A stretch of DNA of 64,000 nt from Macrostomum lignano (Eukaryota), in assembly GCA_002269645.1 (NCBI GenBank), contig NIVC01001715.1, forward strand, positions 156,439 through 220,438, read 5' to 3'. The first letter of the stretch is position 1. Every line of letters begins with the position of its first letter. A program made the translations under genes and the position numbers. This document shows, piece by piece, positions 53,701 to 64,000 of the stretch. Under the pieces are notes generated by a model. It saw nothing but the letters and a program-made list of their open reading frames with translations. It made no database searches and had not been told where the DNA came from.

Positions 53701-56105
53701 ACTTGGGCCGCCAGCCCCTTCCCCCAGGTGGTTAAACTTGGGCCGCCACCCCCTCCCCCAGTTGGTTAAACTTGGGCCGCCAGCCCCTTCCCCCAGGTGG
53801 TTAAACTTGGGCCGCCACCCCCTCCCCCAGTTGGTTAAACTTGGGCCGCCAGCCCCTTCCCCCAGGTGGTTAAACTTGGGCCGCCACCCCCTCCTCCAGT
53901 AGGTTAAACTTGGACCGCCACCCCATCCTTCCATGCCAGTTGCGTAAACTGAGCCACCACCATCTCCTCAATAGGCTAACCTTGAACTCTCACAATTCAA
54001 AAGAGACCGCATCGGATCAATTGCAAAAGCGACACTCTCGCAGGCAAGCGCCAGTGGGACTACTCCCCGGCCCGTTACTGCGGCAGTCCCAGTTTCTGCT
54101 CGACAACGCGTAGAAATCGAAGCGTCAGTTCGAAGCAGCACCTACTAGTTGCATTTCTAAGCGACGTTCCCAATCATAGTGGGAAAAATACTAATAGAGG
54201 ATTCCTGATGCGATATAGATGCTTGGCCTACAGTGAGTTAAAAAAAGTTTAGTAAGATGCAAACTGCTCTACTGTAAGTAGGTAAAATAACGTAAAATCT
54301 TTTAACTATTAACCCTTATCCTTGTATGATATTTCAGAGCCGGCCATCGAGGCTAATCTATCGATGGGGCCGATGAACTATGCATTGATATGCGTTAGCT
54401 GCCTACTAGCGGTCGGGTTTGCCTCGGCGATCACCTTGTTGGCTATTAATGAGAGACGACGAGCCTAAGTGAAACGTACGGCTTATGACAGTTTGACTTG
54501 GCTGGGCAATGATAAATATGATTAGTTGTTAAATCTACTACAAAGGTCGGTGAAAAGGGCCAGCTGATTTTTACCTTAAGGGCCAGATAAAGAATCGGGG
54601 CTTCGGGTTCGGGCCAGATGAGAGAAGAAAGGTGAGACAATAGAAGATGACAGAGGAGAGGAGAGATGGAATGAAAGAAAAGATAAGAAAGAAGATGATG
54701 GGAGAGAAGATAAGAGGAGGAGAGAGAAGAAAGGGGAGAGAGAAGAAGTAAGAGAGTAGATGGGAGAGGAGAGAGAAGGGGGAAGAGGGGAGAGGGGAGA
54801 TGGGGGGTTTACTTTTTTATCTACATGTATCTCTGACCTCTGTCCTTAAGTGTTTTTATCCCTCTTGCTGCGAATAAACTACTGATAGTAGAAAGAACTT
54901 TAACTGTATGCAATTATTGTATTTTCATTGTACGCCTATCGTAAAATTGTTAAATTTCGAGAATCAGACTCGAGAAAAAACGCATATCACTGGCATAGCA
55001 CTATTTTGTAAGTCCAAGAGGTTTCGAGTTTCAGTAACTTTTCCAACGATGTTGATGCGATGAGAAAATTGATCATAATTAAGCTGGCGTTGGTTCGAAT
55101 ATAGCAGAATTTGCTCTTTGCTACTTTGAAAATCAACCTGAATCTGCTGCGACTGCAGACTGGCCTGATCAATTTGTGTAAGAAACCTGTCGATCTCACC
55201 TAATCAGAAACGTCACCGAAGTGACCCAGGCGCCGCACCACACAAACTTGTCGCCCATCGCCTTCCTAAACGATTGGATTGGCGACTTTTTGAAGTAGCG
55301 CCCGATGGCGTACTCGATTAGAAGCATTGGCGACGACCACAGGAACAGAAAAACAAACCACGTGACCAGAAAAATCAGGGTGCCTGTGGGTTGGGGTTCG
55401 AATGCGTCGTTACGCAGCTCTTAATAGCGGTATTTAGTAAATATTATGGCATCCCCTAGACCTGCAGTGTGACTGGATTAATCTTCTTTTGCTAGCCATT
55501 TGATACCTACATGTAGCCACTAAAGGTCTTACAAAAGTCAACATATAAATATATATAAAACTGCGCATTTGTGGAACTAAAACTACATGCTTGACGGGAA
55601 CAGCGTTTAACGTATAGCGAAAAATTTTTTGGGTAACTTAAAGTGAAAACTTTAGTTGTCGATTAGGGCATAGTTTAAGGAATAACGCAAAATTTTCTAT
55701 TACGCTACTGTGAGTAGTTTAAGTTGCGGAAATGTCAGTAGATGGGTTAGTAAATCAGTAGCCCCAGACCACGGGAGACACGATTCCGATCGGTAGAAAC
55801 TTCAGTAGCAAATATGATGGATTGCCTAGATTGACTCACCCTGAGAGGCGCTGTTCTGCGCGGCGATTCTAGGAAATCGCCAAATATTTCCGGTGCCAAC
55901 GACGGTGCCGAGACAGGAGAAAACGATAGCAGCTGACGAGCTAAACGCCTGTGGCGGCTTCGGCTCTTCAATATCGTCCGTGTCATGTTGCTGTTCGGAC
56001 GAAAGAATGTAGCAAAATTTATGGAACAAGTTTACTTTTTTGAACATTAAGAATTTGTTAAACTTTGATGCTCACCCTGTTTCCAGCGTATTCCACCTCA
56101 GTCAT
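47786..56105 (-). CDS. SLC6/NSS sodium-dependent transporter (576 aa); exons 56076-56105, 55840-55990, 55200-55383, 51458-51581, 50825-51029, 50506-50668, 50132-50406, 49602-49693, 49376-49527, 48310-48445, 47786-48004
   Basis: GTVVGTGNIWRFP (TM1), LLIEYAIGR, SCYYSVVLGW, GITWIEKAN, WVDSASQNAFDTG, STGLTFIWIP, FAGVSSLI, NQDFVWG. All 10 introns are GT-AG and phase-consistent. Confidence 0.93.
48787..49140 (+). mobile_element. SINE family A full copy inserted into a GA-rich repeat element
   Basis: tRNA-like head gccgtagcccagcggtctagcgc; flanks 48640-48786 and 49140-49250 resemble the uninterrupted element at 54540-54800. Confidence 0.88.
51215..51330. repeat. 24-bp minisatellite (cagggcagggaatccctagttgtt), about 5 copies
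   Basis: Directly visible. Confidence 0.9.
51878..54468 (+). CDS. Small signal peptide-CUB domain-TM protein nested in SLC6 intron 3; exons 51878-51938, 52546-52681, 52759-52910, ~54004-54232, 54338-54468
   Basis: MAIVTCAILCQCMPVLKAG signal; ISSPRYPDSYP, TCRWVI, CTRDFVEVRDG, RYCGS, LLVAFLSD, NRGFLMRY (CUB); C-terminal YALICVSCLLAVGFASAITLLAI then RRR. One junction (52910 to ~54004) is not phase-resolved. Confidence 0.8.
52085..52385. repeat. 20-bp minisatellite (gacgtcactttgggtgtctt) evolving into 60-bp higher-order units
   Basis: Directly visible. Confidence 0.92.
52945..53925. repeat. 33-36 bp C-rich minisatellite (ggttaaacttgggccgccaccccctcccccagtt), about 28 copies
   Basis: Directly visible; strong G-run strand asymmetry. 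Confidence 0.96.
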
Positions 56106-57307
56106 AACTGAATCAAAGTGGTTTAACAGGTAAGTCTACTGTTGCTCTGGAGTTTTTTGCGATTAGTATTCAACGGCTACTACTGCTCTGCAAAGTAAAT
56201 TTTATCTCAGTTCTGCCATGCTAAAATTGGCACACCGCAACCACTTTTATACCTGCCCGATTAAAAGCTCGGCCCTCCCACCCCCCGAGCCAATTTTTCG
56301 GTCGAATAATTTTCCATGAATCAGACCGAAATTCGCGGATTGTGGAATTGTGGCAAAGGGCGTTTTCTCAACACCACTTGTTTGACTTTTCGGGTCTCGC
56401 CCAAAAACTCATGGCCAACTGCACGCATTCAGCCTCGACTGCAAGGTTAAACTGCGCTGATAAGATACTGTATCTCACTTTTTGAAAAAAGAAACGACCC
56501 CAGGGCGGCTTGCTTATATGACTCTCCAAGAACAGGTGCGCAGAGAGTAGGCTTCGGCCAGGATCAACTCTTTATCCTGCGAAATTTATTGGCCTAAACA
56601 GCAAATATATTCGTGTATAGAGCTGCCTGCATTCGATTTGATTTAATGTTCTTTTATTCCGCGACCTTAAACCTGCCCCGAGTGTGGTGGGTGCATGGCA
56701 TTTTGCTCGGCGTATTTTTACCTCTACGATTGCGATAAAGAGTGAACTTTTCTTGGTTTCAAAACTGTTCTACTCTCATTTAACATTCTGTAGTCGCTGT
56801 CAAATCGGAGAGACTTAAGCGCGGGAGTTTATTTGCTGCTTGTAAAATTTTGTCAAGAAAAGAGTGGCTTTAAATAAAAAGAACTTTGGCACACGCTTGG
56901 CTACGTGTAGCTTCAGTGTGAACCATTGCATAGCATAACCTGTTATTCTGTTAAAAATGATCTATAGCTATCAAGACTGAATTGGAAAGACGATTAACCG
57001 TTTGGCTTCTTTCCTTGCATAATGCACTATATGCATATTTTATTAGGATTTGAAATGCAATGAATGCACGACTGACTTTGTAGTTTATTTATTTCTAAAT
57101 TTTAGCGGAATGCCGATACTTCTGTAGAGTCATGTTCTAAGGCATGATCCAATTTTAGTCGCAAGATTTTTTGGCAACTCAACTCCCGCAAGGTTCAAGG
57201 ACTTCTGAATGACTAATATATGAGTCTGGTTTTATTAAATAATTTTACTTCTACATCGACAGACTTTGCTACATAGCTGTGAAGGAAAAACCTATATGCT
57301 ATGAAAC

Positions 57308-57600
57308 AGTTGTAGCCCAGTGGTCAGAGCGTCAAACTCACGATCCTGAAAGGTCCGGTGGTTCTATTCTCGACTCACTCGGAACAATTTGTGTCCTTGA
57401 GCAAAAACACTTTACTCTCTGCATTGCTTCAGTTTACCCAGCTGTAAAATGGGCGCCAGCATTAGCTGGGGTAACTGAGAGTGTGTGTGGCGACCCCCCA
57501 GTCCTTGGACTGAACAGCAATAGCCGCAGCTGAGCTGTCGCAGCTTTTGCACATATGCCGACCAAGGCAGGTGTAATAAAAAATGCGACTTCAATAATAA
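57308..57600 (+). mobile_element. SINE family B full copy with tRNA-like head
   Basis: gtagcccagtggtcagagcg (A-box-like), ggttctattctc (B-box-like), shared body and (aat)n tail. Confidence 0.85.
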
Positions 57601-58804
57601 AATTTCCTACCTAATTACTACTTTTTTACAGGCCTTATGCGTAAAAAATCTACAATTATTCAACTATTTCATCTTTTTTCTAAATAGACAACCATAACCG
57701 GCTGTTTAATCAAGTAGTATAACGCACAATTTTTTTTATTCCTACTCATTTCGTCATCCGTCATTTCATCATCTAGGATGACCCCAACCTCGGTTCTTGT
57801 CACACTTCGTCAATATTAATCAACATACAACAATTACTGGAAGGGTGTTATTTTGTCATCTACCAAGTACGAGCGTAATGTCTATTCTAAGTTAATTAAT
57901 TATTCTGTGAGCATGGTTAATTAACTTTCCAATTTTTTTACAACTTTTATTGAAACGCCAAATATATTTTATTTAGATTGATATTGTAGAGAATAAGCAG
58001 ATTTTACCAACTTTTTTTCAATATGCGAATCAATATGCGATCGAAATTCGTCGAAGCGCAACAGAAACATTATAGCTCGTAAAAAAGAATCAAATAGTAA
58101 ACAAAACACTTTCTCTTAAATTTCGCATCGGATAAAGTAAAAAAATTACAAAGAAAAAAAATCATTAGATTTCATTAGAATAAAAATTAGTAGAACGACG
58201 AAAATAATTTCTTACAATTTTTACTACGGAAGAGAAAATACTTCTATCATTGAAACGTTCATAATTAGTAACTTTTTGTTTTATTAGATTAGATTTTTCA
58301 CAAAAACTAGGACCCGCATGCAACAGTTATTTAATTTTGCTTAATTTTGACTGCATTATTTTTTCTTTCGAAAAAATTAAAGCTTTTTATAGATAGATAG
58401 TGAACATGCAAAATGAATAAAAGTGCAAAAAGCTGGATAATCTATCAGACAAGTTAATCAAAATTGATAAAACAAAGAAACTTAGCCTAGGCAGGCAAAC
58501 TTCCAGAAATTGGTAGCCAAAATTGGCAATATAATCTCGATTCATATCGAATAGTATCGTTCAATATCGTTTTGAAATTCCTGATACTCCGCCAAACAAA
58601 TATTTTTATTGTCAACTTGAAGGTGGGTTTTAAACTTTAACAAAATCAACTTCAGATGTATAGTTTAAATCTTTTTTTCTGTTTTTGTGTTGCCTGCTTT
58701 ACTTAACTTAGCCGCAGAATAAATTTCAGATGGAAATTATCCCTATGCACTATGTAGTTACCTGTCACATGTACCTCAAAACTTCAATCGACCAAAAAGT
58801 GACG

Positions 58805-61800
58805 TCAGATCATGAAAGGCACAGGTCCACTGTAGGCTAACGCAATGGCAAACGACACCTTGCGCCTTTGACGAAATTCTTCTTTTCGCAACGAGTTCTC
58901 GGGCACTCGAAGCACCCAGCAGTCAAGATCTTCGCAGACCACTCGATCGGTGTCGTTCAGGTAGCCAGTGAATGTTCTATAGCGAGTCTCGTTCAGGATG
59001 TACTTTTGTTGCTCTTCGAACGAGCGTCGTCTCGGTAGGTAAATCAAAGCTTTTAAGTTATCACCTGTGCCGAGAACAAGTCGGGGCACGTTTCGTCCAG
59101 GAAACGTTTTGGAGCTTCCCTGATGGCACGGATCGTCCCGTTTCGTCAGGCGATCGCACCTTTCCATCAGCTGCTTGGCCTCCTGCAAATGTTCTTTTCG
59201 CTTTGGATCCGTTGGCTTCCGAGAGAGCGCAGAGGCCAGATAGAACGCGCCGTGTATGAAATTGGCAATGACGTCAGTAGTGAACTTCGTTCGCCAATCG
59301 GCAGCAAGTTGAATGCCCCGTTCTAGCACGTCCTTTGTAGGTCGAGACAAGATAGTTAGCACACAAGCTTCCAAGTAAGTACGCGACAGCTTCGATTTGC
59401 ACTGCAGCAAAATATCTAAAAGTGACTCAGAGTCCTTCGCATTCACTCCTTTTAGTCGCCAGACGCGATCCCACATAAGTCGCGCCAGCAGCTTGTTATC
59501 ATCGGACTCATAAATATCCCATAGAGCCGAATCCTTAGATGCCTTCTTGCTCTGGGTGTACACATCCACAATCGTCCACGCATAGGCATTGTCCTTGATG
59601 TCTGTTCGAAGCTTCACGCTGCTTGCATTGATGGCCGATTGAGAGAAGCGATAGCGGCTGATAAATTCTTCTTTTGCATCATTTAGTTTTCCCATATCCT
59701 TTTCGGTTAGCGTTTCCGAGTCCACTTCGCCTTCTTCATGCATCTTCTCCAGGTTTAAAACATTCTCAATTATTTTCTGATGTGCTTCTCTAGCAACACA
59801 GAAGCAGTCGTTTTCAATCTCCTGAAAGTAAATTTCGCTGTCAGAGTGACACTCAGTTTCGAAGAAACGATTTAGCAGTATGCGCTGCGCCTGAATTTCG
59901 TAAACAAACGGTGCGCTTTGTAAACGAAATCTCCAGTTGACTTTGCGGGAACTCTTTTTTGAATCTTCTTGCACAGGCGAATGCTTTCGACAGCCCACGC
60001 CTGAGCCTCTTGAAAAGATATCTCTGGACCGGAGCTCACGCGACAGTTAATGAGGTGAGCGGATAAACCAAGGACTACATCATCAGTGCAAGTTGTGTCC
60101 GAGAAGAATGTCGCATCTTCAGTTATGTCCAATGCCTTACGGACAAAAACGATAGATTTTGTATGATCCTTCTGGTGGTATGCAACATAGCGAGCAAAGT
60201 GGACCAGCGTGTGAGACTTTGTCTCTGGAAAAGCATTTGCTAGTCTCGTAAATATGCGCTCAATTTCTTCCAATGGAAGGTTCTCGTGAAGAGTCATGAA
60301 GAAGTCAGTTAACTTAGGATGTTTTGTTCTTTTCTGGCAAGAAATCAACCTTCGTACCAGGTGGGTCAAGCAGGAAAGCAGAGAGTCGGGTCCTTCTTCA
60401 CCCATTTTGCACAGACTGCTCACAAACATTCTGACTTGTTCTCCTTCTCGCTCGATAGGACTGATATCTTCAAAAAGATATTCAAGAATTTTCTCGCCGA
60501 CAATCGATATTGGGGCCAACCCCCATCCTTTCCGCATTCTTTTCACAGTTAATAGATATCGCTGTTCTTCCAAGTGTTCCAACACCTGTAAAGGATCCTT
60601 CTGCTCTGGAGGAAGGTCCAGAAATTTGGCGGCTATCGATAAGTTCAAAGATGAGTGCGTGAAGTACTTCGTCAGGCAGGCAAAGCGCAGAAGAGAATTC
60701 TTTTTATTTTCACAATCCTCTAGAAGAGACTGAATAAAAACGTTAATCTTCACATAATCCTTTCTAAAGTGCCAGACGCCGAAAAGGAACGGTGTTCGAT
60801 CAGTTTCCTTTTCGACTTTGTCCGTCAACTTGCGATTCTCATCGCCTCCGGATTCCATGTAGATTTTTGTGAATGCATTCGCCTCGTCTGGACTAAGTTT
60901 TGCCGTCAAAACTGGAATCTCAAAGTAGCACCGTTTCCTGTTAGTTTCTTTATTGGACTGAACTTGCTCCACGCAAACGGCAACAAATCTTGGCGCAGAA
61001 ACGCGCCTGTTCAACTCTGACGCAAACGCGTGAACAGATGAGTGTGGGAATTCCTTAGAGTCGAACAGCACTAGGACAGGTAGCTCTGTCTTCTTGTGCA
61101 GGGTACAAATACCTTCAGACACTTCCTGCATTCGATCGAAGCACTTCACTTCAATGCAAGGGTACTCTTTACGAAGACGCCAAAGCACGATTTTGGCGAT
61201 CGTTGACGCACCAGATACTGCCTCATGAGGTAAGCGAATGATCTGCCTGACGTTGGTGTCCCAGTTTGTGAAAGAACGGTTGCCGCAATGGCTAAGAGAT
61301 TTGCTCACTTTTTCTTTCTGCGTCTCAACTTGTCTTCGCTCAACATATATTCCACTGTTTTGGTATCGTAACTCATCATGCAGATGGAGCATCTCCTTTG
61401 TGAGTTCGTTTCCAGCTAAGAACTGACGGCGAACTTGATTAGTGTACTGTTCCTTCTGATCGAGGGCCTTGCTGAGGTACTTGGACTGACCAGACTGGAT
61501 GTGGTAAAGCCGGAGGTACGGTTTAAACGTCGCGAACTGCTCGCGAGCCAAAGATATTTGGCCGTGCTTTCCAGGCAGCTCGTATTGTTTCAGTGCAACC
61601 ATTGAAGGATAAATAGACTCAAATAGATGGCATAACTGATTCACAGGAACGAGAATCAAGTGTTCTTGCAGACTTTGATTCTTATAGACTTTCCTTAGCT
61701 GATCGCTTAGGCCGGATAGCACTTGCTGCTGAACGTACATGGTATACGCTTTAAAGGCATCTTCATTGTTAGACTCGGACAAGAATGCCTCTCTTAGATG

Positions 61801-62975
61801 GCACTCAGCGTCTGTGGGACTCATTGGTAAATTTTCAATTTCCAAAAATGAGGTGCAGAGGCATAGAGACGTACACAACACTGGTCTAGGACGCTGGTTC
61901 TTCTCAAATATGGCATTTAGCAAGTTTGTTCTCAGCAGCTTCTTGAGCTTGTGTTCATTAGTCGGTCCTGCTTTGCCTGTCTCGCTGCATCCCATCACTT
62001 GAACGTAAATTGTTCGATGACCGCTTTGGCACTCTTCAATGTCGTGGGTCTGCAGAGTGGAAAGGTCCTCCCACGACTTTACCGTGCTCAGTCGACCTAA
62101 CTTGCGCATTTCTTCTTCCATAAAGGTGAAGATGCCTCCTTCCTTGCGGCTATCCCTATCGAAATCCGAAAACTACGTCCCACGTGCCTCGACCAAGCGA
62201 CTTTGCAAGAGTTTCACGCTCTCTAGCGTTCTTTGCTGCAGAAAACTTTGTGATTATCAAGACTCGGAATGCGTTTTGGCTTGAATAATGTCTTCTTTCG
62301 CCCAGTACAGCTGGCTTACGTCACATTTTGATTCAAATGAGAATAGACCAAGTTTCTAAAGTCGTCATCCCAGTTACACTCTTGCACGTTCTGTGCATCG
62401 CTTCTTGCATACAACAGTCGCTTTGATTGTTTTTCGGATTTGCTTTTTCGAGAAGCGTCGGCAGTCGACTTCGCACGGCAGTCCCTGAACACAGCCGGAC
62501 CGGACTCACCTCTAGGGATCTCTAGTATGCCGTAGCTACCTGCTGGAATAGTGAGTCCCATGTTCTTCAGACAAAGCTCAGAATCAAAACGGATTAGGTG
62601 AAAATAGCATTTCACAAATGGAGTGGTATTGTTTCGGAAACAATCCTGGATCTCTTCCTCGCCCGGGTACTTTGAAAGAGGAGCAAATTCGTGCTTCTTG
62701 TCACCAGTCTTTCTGTCAAGCTCCTTCACGCCATAAAATGTAGGAGCTGAAACAGGACTTGTCAGTCAAGCTGGGCTCCCTCAGGTCCGGGTGAAGTCCG
62801 TTGTACATGGAACAGGCGGTCTTGAGCATACGGAACTTCCAGTCACTAGACTCGTTCACGGATGTTTTGAAATCGACGTGGGTCGACTCCTTGATATTCT
62901 TGCATAGCAAGTACACAAAAAACTTTTGGTCCCGTGAAAGCTCGTGAAATGCCTTCTCGCTTCGAAGCGGTGGAT
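58805..62975 (-). pseudogene. SAMD9-like protein (AlbA_2-like, SIR2-like, STAND P-loop NTPase, TPR-like, OB-fold), interrupted by at least 4 frameshifts; true pseudogene or assembly error unresolved
   Basis: HVDFK and TFYGVKE (AlbA_2-like); FRVLIITK ... WDVVF/DFDRDS (SIR2-like); HEAVSGASTIAKIVLWRLRKEYPC and LPVLVLFD (cf. SAMD9 HxPGCGGTTLAMHVLWDLR..C, LPVLLLVD); C-terminal KVSFAIALAYSGPVPFMI (cf. KVSFYLGFSIGGPLAYDI). Comparisons are from memory. Confidence 0.82.
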
Positions 62976-63815
62976 CTGTAGTTTGAGTTTGAAAAAACGT
63001 TTGTCCAGAATAGTTGAACTATTCATTCATTAATTCAAAACAAAAAACTTACGCTTTTTTAACATGATGCTATCAAAATTGTCAGTGTTGATGTTGTTGT
63101 CCTCTGCATCTGAATTCTCCAGCTGATCCAGCAGCTCGAAACTATTTTTTTATTTAAAGATTCTATAAATCAGCGCCTGTCTTTTATATCGGAAAACCCT
63201 GACACTGTAGCTCGTATCGTCACTTACGGTTCGTAGAGTTAAGCGAAGGCGTCGTGTGTTTTTCCGTGTACTGTGCTGGATAGTCTTCAATTTCGTCAGT
63301 GGCAGGTTTCACCAGCAAGAGTCCACTTTGGCCATCTCTCTGTTGGCTTGATGTACTTGTACTTAAATCCCTGTCAGAAGAGGGATTCTGATTTTCACTT
63401 TTTGAACCCAGAAAGCTCGACGTTCCGGAGACGTTCCTACGGAGCTCATGCTTTCCACATTGGTGTTGCTCTCCGTTGTAGTCTGCTTGTCGGCGTCAAG
63501 TTGACTGATGTCACTTTGGTTTGGCTGCTAGAAAAAGCACTGGTTATTTAGGCTGGTTAAGAAGCGCATCTAAGATTAGATATGGTGATTTGACGATAAC
63601 TTACGGCGTATGCTTTGTTCTTGTTTTTTTTCTTTCTCTTGCGTTTTTTGCTTGAAGCATCGGCAGACTGCGAGGAGGGAGAGGTAAGAGTTGGAGTCAT
63701 TTGTACTGTTGACTCGTAGTTTCCGTATTACTCTGTATTACATTTCGTCTGATTCATCTGATTCACCTCTAAAAAGGCTGAAATCGTAAACAATGTCTAC
63801 GGGTTTTATACTCAC

Positions 63816-63930
63816 CGGCGTTAAATTTGGACTATACCAGCAGAACCATACCAGCACAAGTACGCCGACTAATATTGCAATGGCGATTGTTAATGGATTA
63901 ACCGATTGCAAGTATGGGTGCATTGCTTCC
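63816..63930 (-). CDS. Exon encoding a single TM helix (MHPYLQSVNPLTIAIAILVGVLVLVWFCWYSPNLTP), possibly the 5' part of the SAMD9-like locus
   Basis: Polypyrimidine-CAG acceptor at ~63931, GTGAGT donor at 63815, hydrophobic segment. Linkage to downstream exons is not resolved. Confidence 0.45.
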
Positions 63931-64000
63931 TGAGGATGAGGATGGGAGAGCAAAATAAAATCAAACTAGAAAAGAACAGACTGAATCTCTAGGCTGGAGC

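Overview
This is eukaryotic (animal) genomic DNA with AT-rich introns, GT-AG splice sites, SINEs and many micro- and minisatellites. The style resembles a free-living flatworm such as Macrostomum, but that is unverified inference. No prokaryotic or CRISPR system is present. Host genes reconstructed by hand: 5' part of TRPC4AP/TRUSS (-); complete 3-exon SNF5/SMARCB1 (-, 385 aa) head-to-head with RNF11 (+); a 4-TM ORF (-); a DmsR/FMRFamide-receptor-like GPCR (+); an 11-exon atypical SLC6 transporter (-) with a signal-CUB-TM gene nested antisense in intron 3; and a SAMD9-like antiviral NTPase locus (-) broken by at least 4 frameshifts. Mobile elements: a near full-length LOA-type LINE (13-bp TSD, TAATG stop-start, RNase H); a Gypsy element with identical 210-bp LTRs and a classical -1 frameshift signal; two hAT-type MITEs with 8-bp TSDs; and two tRNA-headed SINE families. 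The most unusual observation is a 297-bp MITE carrying a decayed 64-bp copy of the 28S rRNA segment targeted by R2, Pokey and I-PpoI.
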